Assembly: GCA_025558095.1 (NCBI GenBank)
Contig: JAIVFI010000031.1
Coordinates: forward strand, 496,001-560,000
Direction: 5' to 3'
Origin: Hyaloraphidium curvatum SAG 235-1
Lineage: Eukaryota > Fungi > Monoblepharomycota
Length of the DNA stretch: 64,000 nt
Below, piece by piece: positions 56,667-64,000 of this stretch (position 1 is the stretch's first letter; the number at the start of each line of letters is the position of its first letter). Made by a program: the position numbers and the translations under genes. The notes beneath the pieces were generated by a model. The model was not told the origin of the DNA. It was given only the letters and a program-made list of their open reading frames with translations, and ran no database searches.

Positions 56667-58163
56667 ATGGTGTTCTCGCCGGCGGAGCAGCTCTCGCTCT
56701 TCCCGGCTCTGGGGCAGCCTGTGCCCGACGCGGCGCCATGGCTCTGCGCCTCGCGTGCCGAGCGGGACGCGGCCGAGGCCGGACGCACGGCCCGGCCGCT
56801 GACGGTTCGAGGGCTGCGCGCCGCACTGGACGTTGTTCCCCCGCTCGGCACGCTGTTAGCGCTCGCCGAGGCGCTCCGCGATGCGGTCGGACGGCTGGCG
56901 GTGCGGCTCTTTGCCTACGACGTATTTCAGCTGGCCGTGTTTGCGTTCCTGTGGGCGTACGGCTTGCCGCTGTTCGGAGCCCGCAACCTGGCCGCCGCAC
57001 AGGCCGCGCATGTAATCAGGGTGGCCGGCTGGACTTTACCTATGTTTACCGTGGGCGTCCGCATGTGGTCCTTGCGCGACGCGACGGGGCACGCCGGAGA
57101 GCCGACAGTCGACGGCCACGGCTATGCTGGGCTTGCCAGATATGTTCAACTGACAGGACTGGATCGAGGCACATCAGGAGCCAAGGACGACCCGGAGAGT
57201 TCTGCTGGGCAAGCAGGCGCCTTGCTTGAGCACGACCCGGCAGACGACCTCTGCCCATGCCCAGTCTGCGCTCGCAGTCTGCTCGGGCGAAGCCGGACTT
57301 TCCTTCTGGGGCTTCTGGCCATAAACTTCCCATTGCTATCATTTGCTTACGTCCTCGCGGTGCTTTGGACGCCAGCAGTTACACTAGCTCCATCAGTGTG
57401 GGCTTCCGCGTGGTCGATTGGCCTGTGCGCGGTCTGTGCGGCCATGATCTTTCTACTTCTCGAGATGCAGATTCCCGTAGCATCCGCCGGCGTCCGCAAC
57501 GTCAATACCTTGGATCTCGAGCTCCGCCTTCGGCACCGCGCCGTCACAATCGCCCTGGACGACCTGCATTCCCGGCTCGCCCTCGCCGCATCTGTCGAGC
57601 CTGAGTCGGAACCCATCCTCCCACGCATCGACGAGGAGCCGTACGTGTCGCTGCACGGCCAGCTACTGTCGTCCTGGCGCACCGGCGCTGCCGACTTCTC
57701 TGCCCAAAACCGCGTGCACCTATCCGCCCTCGGAACGGAAGCGTTGGCCGCCATCATCTGCGCCGCGGCTGGAACATGCATCCCAGCAACCTACGTCGCT
57801 GGAGCCGCCTTCTGCCTCTGGATGCTCGCCCTCGCCGCGTACGGGGTCGCCGCCCGCAACCAGCAGCCCGAACGCGCCGCGGCACAGTACCGCACCGTCG
57901 CGCAGGAGCTCCTCGTGCTCTCCGCCTCTGTCCCCGCCGGCCGCGAGCGTCTCCGTGGGCTACTCGCCGCGCACGGGGGCATGCTGGCCTCTTTTGCGGG
58001 GCAGGAGGGGGCCAGGGCGAGGTTCTTTGGCGCCCACGTGACGTTCGGGTCCCTCAGGGGCTTGTTGGTGGGCTGTTTCACCGTCTTGGCGGGCTTATGG
58101 ACGCTGCTGCGGGCCGCGGGCGTCGGGTTGACGATGGATTTGGCATGTAGGGCGCCGAGCTGA
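56667..58163 (+). CDS. Intronless 7-TM membrane protein, candidate gustatory-receptor-like 7TM ion channel
   Basis: Seven hydrophobic segments, a long loop between TM4 and TM5, CPCPVC in the TM2-TM3 loop, C-terminal ARFFGAHVTFGSLRGLLVGCFTVLAGLWTLL. The CDS is confident; the family is inferred. Confidence 0.6.
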   Translation: MVFSPAEQLSLFPALGQPVPDAAPWLCASRAERDAAEAGRTARPLTVRGLRAALDVVPPLGTLLALAEALRDAVGRLAVRLFAYDVFQLAVFAFLWAYGLPLFGARNLAAAQAAHVIRVAGWTLPMFTVGVRMWSLRDATGHAGEPTVDGHGYAGLARYVQLTGLDRGTSGAKDDPESSAGQAGALLEHDPADDLCPCPVCARSLLGRSRTFLLGLLAINFPLLSFAYVLAVLWTPAVTLAPSVWASAWSIGLCAVCAAMIFLLLEMQIPVASAGVRNVNTLDLELRLRHRAVTIALDDLHSRLALAASVEPESEPILPRIDEEPYVSLHGQLLSSWRTGAADFSAQNRVHLSALGTEALAAIICAAAGTCIPATYVAGAAFCLWMLALAAYGVAARNQQPERAAAQYRTVAQELLVLSASVPAGRERLRGLLAAHGGMLASFAGQEGARARFFGAHVTFGSLRGLLVGCFTVLAGLWTLLRAAGVGLTMDLACRAPS

Positions 58164-58338
58164 ACCACCTGACATGGTATGGCGAGCAGCCGGTGACATC
58201 CAGTCGATCTAAGCTCAGTCACCTTTCTTTTACGGCAGCTTTGGTGTGGGTCGGCCAAACGGCCAGTTGGTCCGACCCCGGCCCGACACGTTTCCCAAAT
58301 TCTGACGCCCTCTGCGGCCATCGCAGCCCCGACGTCCA

Positions 58339-60640
58339 ATGGATCCGCCGTATGCTCTTTTTGACGCGTCTTCCGGGGCTGACGGCCCCCGGCACGGGTT
58401 GGCCGCGGCCATGCCGAACCCCGGCGAAGGCCTGGTTCCCGACCTCCTGCCTTCGTTGCCGGCGGTCTCGACGGTCCAGCCCGATCCCCACTTCCGGCGC
58501 TCGCAGAATGGTTCCAGTCTGGCCATCAACATAGGGGAACAGGAGGAGCCGAACATCGCGAACGACGTGGTCCTGCGCACCGCCGACTCGGTCCCGGTGC
58601 TGAGGAAGCGCAAGCCTTCGCTGGTTCCCCCGGGGGGCCGCTCGGAGGACGAGGACTCCCCCCGGACGGCCTTACATTGCGCATTTGCAACGGAAGCGGG
58701 GAAGCCCGCCTCGCATTTGCAGGACCCAGGGACTCCCTCGCCCGAGGCGTCGGACTCGGACAGCTCGGACCCGGAAGCCGAGACCGCGCACGATCTGGCC
58801 CACCGCCCTCTCACTGCCGGTCCGAAGAGCACCTCCACAAGCAGGTCGGGCGGCTCTTTGGCTTCCACCGAGGGCGCCGTCCTTCGAGCGCACCGCTTCT
58901 TCCAGCGCCGCCTCGACTCCTTCCTCGCCAGCGACCTCTTTGCCAGACTCTACTCAATCTACTCGTCTGTGCGCGTGTGGGTTTGGCTGTGGACAACCCT
59001 ACACCTCGCGGTTCTCTCCGGCACGCTAATCCTCCTTCGCTTCGGCATCGGCATCACCCTCCCCGGCCTCGGATCCTTCAACCTCCTCCACGCCGCCTTC
59101 GGATACATCGGCAAGCTGTCCTTTACCCTCGCCGCCCTCTCCTGCCGCGCGACCGCCCTCTCTCACACCTCCTTCGCCCTCGTCTCGCGCCGGACAGGCG
59201 TGCCCCTGTCCGAAGTCGCCCGCCCCGCGTGGTCCCTGGATCCCGACGCCGGCCGCACCCTCCGCAGGCTCTCTCTGGCGTCGGTGGTCCTCCTAGAGAT
59301 CGCCCTGCTCGTGTTGTGCTATTTCCTTGAGTGGTTCCCGGCGGATTCACACTTGGGCCACTTTCCCTGCACAACGGCTTCTTACCCCGAAGCCCCGCAG
59401 TTCGAAGCGAGCCTGGGGGATTTCCTTCAGGGGTAGGTTAGCACTTTTGCTCCCCCAGAAAACGCCTCACGCTTCGCATCCCACAGCGACACGGACTTTG
59501 CGACGGTCTACAACTACGAGCTTCCCCTGATCGATGGGGTAGCGGGGGCCTGGGGTAGCGGGGGCCTGGGCTGCATGGCCCCTTTCTGCGCCCTCCTCAT
59601 CGTTTTCCGTCTCGGGGAGAGGGGTCGCCTACGCAGTCGGGGCGATCTGCACGGATCCCCGGCCCTCGGATGCGCCCCCTGGAAACGGGACAGAAGAGAC
59701 CAGGTTCTGGATCACCAACTCCCAGGACTGGGGCTCAATCTTCGTCGCCGATGTCGGGATCAAGATGCCGGCCGGGTCGCACTCTGTTCTTGCATGGGAG
59801 GACCGGGTGATCCTTCAAGCATGCCGCGTGACTATCGTCAGCGGCCGGGCCGAGTCGCTGACGTTTGCCTTTGTCGCCGACGAGTGGCAGATGGTCACGG
59901 GGGGGCAGATGCGGGAGCTCCGGGTGGGCGAGATTGCCATGACGCAGCGGATGCCGCCTCGGGAGCAATTTGCGTTCACCGAGGTGGCCGCGGAGCTCAG
60001 CGCAACGCACGTGGAGTGGTCCAACGTCACCGGGTGGATCGGCCGCGCCGTGCTCAACGTTTTTTCGAACGCGTCGTACGCTTCCACGCAAGGGGCAACC
60101 TTTTGCAACGTCCTGCAGTGGGCGACGCTGCCGGACGGGCTCTATCACCCCGAACTCACCTTCCGCGGGATCACGGCGGCGGTGGCCGCCCTGGGACACT
60201 ATGTGCTAATGCAGTACGACGGCTCCGTCGTCGGGGAATGCGTTTATTTTGGCGCCGACGGGGAAGGCGTCGTGGAAGTGCCCGCCTGGATCGGAGGCGT
60301 CACGACCGCCACCGTGGTCCTTTGCATGGTGGTCAGCGCGGCACAGTTGTTCTGGTGGATGGTGAGCTCGCAGGGTGGGCCGAGGTACGACCGAGCAGCG
60401 AGGCTGCTTTCGAGCCCGCTCCGGCTTCTTTACGACGCAAGGGAGTGGGTGCCGCGGGGCATGTCGGAGCTGAAGGACGAGGGGGTCGGCGAGGTGAACC
60501 TGACGCGGCGCTTCGGCGAGATCTTTGTGCGCTTCGGCGAGGACCGTCGGGCGCGGGGTGAGGACATCGGGAGGCTCGTCCTGGACGAGCCTAGAAGGGT
60601 AGTCGGTATCTCGACGAGGCGGAGCTACCGCAGCATGTAG
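58339..60640 (+). pseudogene. Multi-pass membrane protein with large extracellular domain, frameshifted by a 16-nt tandem duplication
   Basis: Exon 1, intron 59433-59486, then tggggtagcgggggcc twice (59535-59566). Removing one copy joins it in frame to ORF 59765-60640. Confidence 0.7.
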
Positions 60641-60804
60641 CGGCTCCGGCGGAGAAGTCCTGAGAATCATCTGCGCCGCATCCACTTGACTTCTCGCGAA
60701 AGGTAGCCGCTGTTTCGTCTTGGCCGGCCAAGTCGGTGATCCGCCTGCGAATCGCGAAACTCCGTCCTGCTGTCTCCCAGCTCACCTCGAGTCTCACCTC
60801 GAAA

Positions 60805-61892
60805 ATGCCGAACGCGCGCCGCGGTTCCGGCCCTGCGGCGCCGCTCGATGTGGTTCCCACGTCGCAGTCCGCGCTGCCGCTCTCCGACTACAGCCTGGGC
60901 ACGCACGCCGGCTCCGGTCGGCTCAAGGGCAAGCGGGTGCTCATCGTGGGCGGCGGCCAGCGCAAGTCGGGGCCGGCGCCCGAGGTCAAGGACGCGGCCG
61001 GCAACGTGATTCCGGTCATCGGCAACGGTCGGGCCGTCAGCCTGCTGGCCGCACGCGAGGGGGCGAGCGTGGCGGTCGCGGACAGGGACGCGTCGCTCGC
61101 AAAGGAGACTGCGGATCTGTGCCAGCGCGAGCACGGCGCGTCAAATCAGTGGTAAGCTTCCTAGGTTCCCGTCAGAAGCTTCAGGCGCGCTTTGCTGACC
61201 TCGAACGCGTGCCAGGGGCTCGCGGCACGTGTCGATTCAGGTCGACGCGACGGATGAGCGCGAGGTGGAACGAATGCTCGCCGAAGCGGTGCAGAAGCTG
61301 GGCGGGAAGCTCGACGGCATCGTCTGCAACGTCGGCGCAGCGTGGGGCGGTGGCCTCGGCGGAACGAGCGTCGAGCTGTGGGAGCGAACCATGGCCACCA
61401 ACCTCAAGTCGCATTTCCTCGTCTTGAAGCACTGCCGCAAGCATCTCAACTCCGACGCATCCATCATTCTGATCTCCTCGACTGCCGCCATCAGCCCCGG
61501 ATCCGGGTATCCCGCTTACCATGCCTCGAAGGCCGGCCTCAAAGGACTCCTGCTGCACGCTGCATCCGAGCTTTCCAACGCGGGGCTGAGGATCCGAGTC
61601 AATACGGTGTTGCCCGGCTTGATCGACACTCCCCTAGGGAGGGTCGGAAGCTCTGCTCGGCCGGAACGGGCTCGCACGGGCGTCCCCCTCGGACGCCAGG
61701 GCACCGGTTGGGACGTTGCGTGGGCCGTCTCGTGGCTCTTGTCGGGCGAGAGCAGCTACATCACCGGTTGGTCTGTCCGGTCGACTCCAACGCGCGCTCC
61801 TTACACTCCGGTGAAACTTCTCAGGCATCGAGCTCATCGTCGACGGCGGACTTTCGTCTATCGCACCTCGCGGAGTTCCCACGAAGCTCTGA
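60805..61892 (+). CDS. Short-chain dehydrogenase/reductase
   Basis: RLKGKRVLIVGGG..IGNGRA, CNVG, ISS, YHASK, RVNTVLPGLIDTP, PLGRQGTGWDVA, YITG|IELIVDGG. Ends PTKL*. Confidence 0.92.
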
Positions 61893-61964
61893 TGAATGGT
61901 ATCAGGAAGGCCTTCGGGCCTGTGGATCTGCATTTGTACATTCTTGACAAAAGTGATCTGAAAT

Positions 61965-63021
61965 TCATAGCTTCCCCCACTGCGCGATCGCCGTCGTCTT
62001 CCCCGTCCGGTGGTCGTAAACGTCCGTGCCTCGCGGAACAACCCTGATCGTTTGGCCTGCCATGGACTCGTCCTCAATGGCTCTGACCATCGCCTCGGTC
62101 ACAGCGTCGATAGTGACCATGTGCTTCTCCATCATCTTGGCGAAATCCGAGCCGAGGCCCCGAAGGAAGATGGGCGTCGGTGCGGCATTGGGGAGCACCA
62201 CGTTCACGCGAACGGCAGGGGCCAGATCGCCCAGGCAACGCGTGAAATGGATCACGGCGGCCTTGCCAGAGGCGCTGAAGAGCATAGGGCTTCTTCAGCA
62301 CCGGGCCGAGAAGAAAGCTCGAAAGCTACCCACTAAATCGGCTCCTTCTGCGGGATCAATCCGGCCATGCTGGCCGTGTTCACGACGACGAGCTTGGTGC
62401 CTCTCTTCTTTGCCTCGATGATGGCCAGTTCCGTCGCGTAAACCACGGCGTGGTAGTTGATCATGGTCATGCGGACAGCAGCGTCCGGTGAGACCGAGGT
62501 GTCCAGGTTGTCGACCGAGCGAGGCCAGCTGTCGTCGCCGATTCCGGCGTTCTGATTGAGATGAGAGCAACCGAGGAAGGTCAGCGCGTTAGGGATGAAA
62601 TGGGAGACAGAACGGAAACAGAACCAACATTCACGAGAACCTGAGCCCGGAAACGTCCCAATATCGGGTACCGCAGGGAAGAGCGGTAAAGAAGAAAGCC
62701 GTCCATGAGCGATGTCGGTCGCTAGCGGCGGCGTGGAAGACCCACGTCGAGGCCGCCAAAGTCCCGAACAGTTCCGAGGACCATCTCCTTCACTTCATCC
62801 ATTTTCGAGAGGTCCACCTTGCGGAAGTGGGCACTGCATCCCTGCTTCGACAGTTCCGCCGCGACGCCCTTCCCCAGCTCCTCCTGGACGTCCACGAGCA
62901 CGAGCGACTTCGGACTCCGTTTCGCGAGCTTCCTCGCCAAATCGGCACCGAATCCTGAAGCTCCACCCGTCACGACTATGACCTTGCCGGCCACATCGTA
63001 CTTCGATTTCAAGGAGGTCAT
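61965..63021 (-). CDS. Short-chain dehydrogenase/reductase (15-hydroxyprostaglandin dehydrogenase-like)
   Basis: VVTGGASGFG, NAGI, NTASMAG, catalytic YASGK split by an intron (TA|C), VRVNVVLP. Ends WGKL*. Confidence 0.9.
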
Positions 63022-63151
63022 GTCTGGAAGACGGGGGTGGTGTTTGGGAGGCAGCCGCTCGAAACTCGCCACCAAGGTGGAGCAATGAATGGAGATTGCA
63101 GAAGATTCATCAAAGACTACAAGAGGGCTACTGAAGATGGTTTAAGAACGA

Positions 63152-63883
63152 TCACTCGAGGTCCTTGGCTTCCTCGGCGACCTCCTTGATGACTTCTTCC
63201 TGCAGTGCGAACAGATCATCAGCTTCCGGGGCACGATCGCTGCGACACAACGTACCCCGACGTCTTCGTCCCCCTCGTCTTCCTCCTGGTCGTCGAAAGG
63301 AGCGCCTTCGTCCTCCTCGCCGAGATCTTCTTCGCCCACGGCGATGTCGAAGGCGGCACCTTCTTTCGCGGCGCTCTGCCCGGCCACCTTCTCCGATCTG
63401 GCGCCGGACGGCCCGCCGGCACGAGCATTCTTGGATCCACTCTTGCTTTTGCCTCCCTTCTTTCCTCCGGCACCGCCGGACTTGCCGCTGGCCTCGGGGT
63501 AGTTTTCCTCGCGTTCGACGGCCTCCTGCGTGATCTCGAGCGCCTTTCCGGTCCTCTTTTCGTGAATCTCCGAGGCCTGGAGGCGATGGAAGCCACGTTA
63601 AATCGTGACGAGTGGACGCCATCCATGGGACGCGACCTTCTGCGCCGACTCCATGCGCGCCTCGATAGAGCGATCGCCACGGTGCGAGGCGGCGACGTAT
63701 GACCTCTCGCGGTTCTCGTCCTTAGTCCTCTGAAGGCACGACGGCGTGCGGTGAGGCTGATGGCCGGATGGAAGGACTCCGCCGCGCCACCTCTTCGTTC
63801 CTTTTCCCCTCGGCCGTTGTCCCGCGCGCGACCGTGGAGGACTCGGGCCCGACTTCCTCGCCGTAAGCCTTCTCGCCGCTCAT
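63152..63883 (-). CDS. Small conserved fungal hypothetical protein, 4 exons, acidic tail
   Basis: Spliced product MSGEKAYGEE..RTKDENRERSYVAASHRGDRSIEARMESAQKASEIHEKRTGKALEITQEAVEREENY matches a motif I recall from uncharacterised fungal proteins. Confidence 0.7.
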
Positions 63884-64000
63884 GTTTGCGTTGACGATGC
63901 TGCTGCTGCTGCTGTTGAGGGCCTGAGGGCGCGATGGATGTGTCCCGTGGTGGACCGATGACGGTGCGTGCAGTCAACATATTATGACCCTCGTCCCGAC

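Noticed and set aside
59575-60561. 328-aa ORF as an independent gene
   Set aside because: Off-frame overlap of the real C-terminal exon, reached only through the 16-nt duplication.
63898-63914. (CTG)n/poly-Gln in ORF 63219-63980
   Set aside because: A short microsatellite upstream of the inferred ATG at 63883; that ORF is off-frame.
1-64000. Prokaryotic origin, operons, or rRNA/tRNA genes
   Set aside because: Pervasive spliceosomal introns and eukaryote-specific genes. No structured RNA gene was recognised by eye, though small ncRNAs cannot be excluded without Infernal or tRNAscan.

Overview
Eukaryotic, GC-rich, gene-dense window with about 30 protein-coding genes and many short (mostly ~45-130 nt) GT-AG introns. 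Gene content (fused BTA1, Spb1, Pom33, Ssh4-type SPRY, Fungal_trans domain, fungal-type GH26) points to a fungus, and the style fits an early-diverging zoosporic lineage such as Monoblepharidomycota/Hyaloraphidium (inference only). Most long ORFs in the six-frame track are antisense or off-frame shadows caused by GC-rich codon usage, so I rebuilt the gene models by hand. Most notable: (1) a head-to-head pair of ABCG half-transporters with start codons 268 bp apart, both carrying a large unexplained extracellular insert and non-canonical NBD motifs, a candidate ABCG5/G8-like heterodimer; (2) an intronless 7-TM protein with the topology and C-terminal pattern of gustatory-receptor-like 7TM ion channels; (3) a mirror-image locus of two bacterial-type secreted metzincin/P-domain proteases enclosing two convergent orphan genes; (4) a non-RD receptor-like kinase with a minimal ectodomain; (5) a putatively surface-anchored RNase T2; (6) several intronless bacterial- or viral-like genes; (7) two genes broken by single frameshift lesions. 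I recognised no rRNA, tRNA, CRISPR array or transposon. All family calls come from motif recognition, not database searches.
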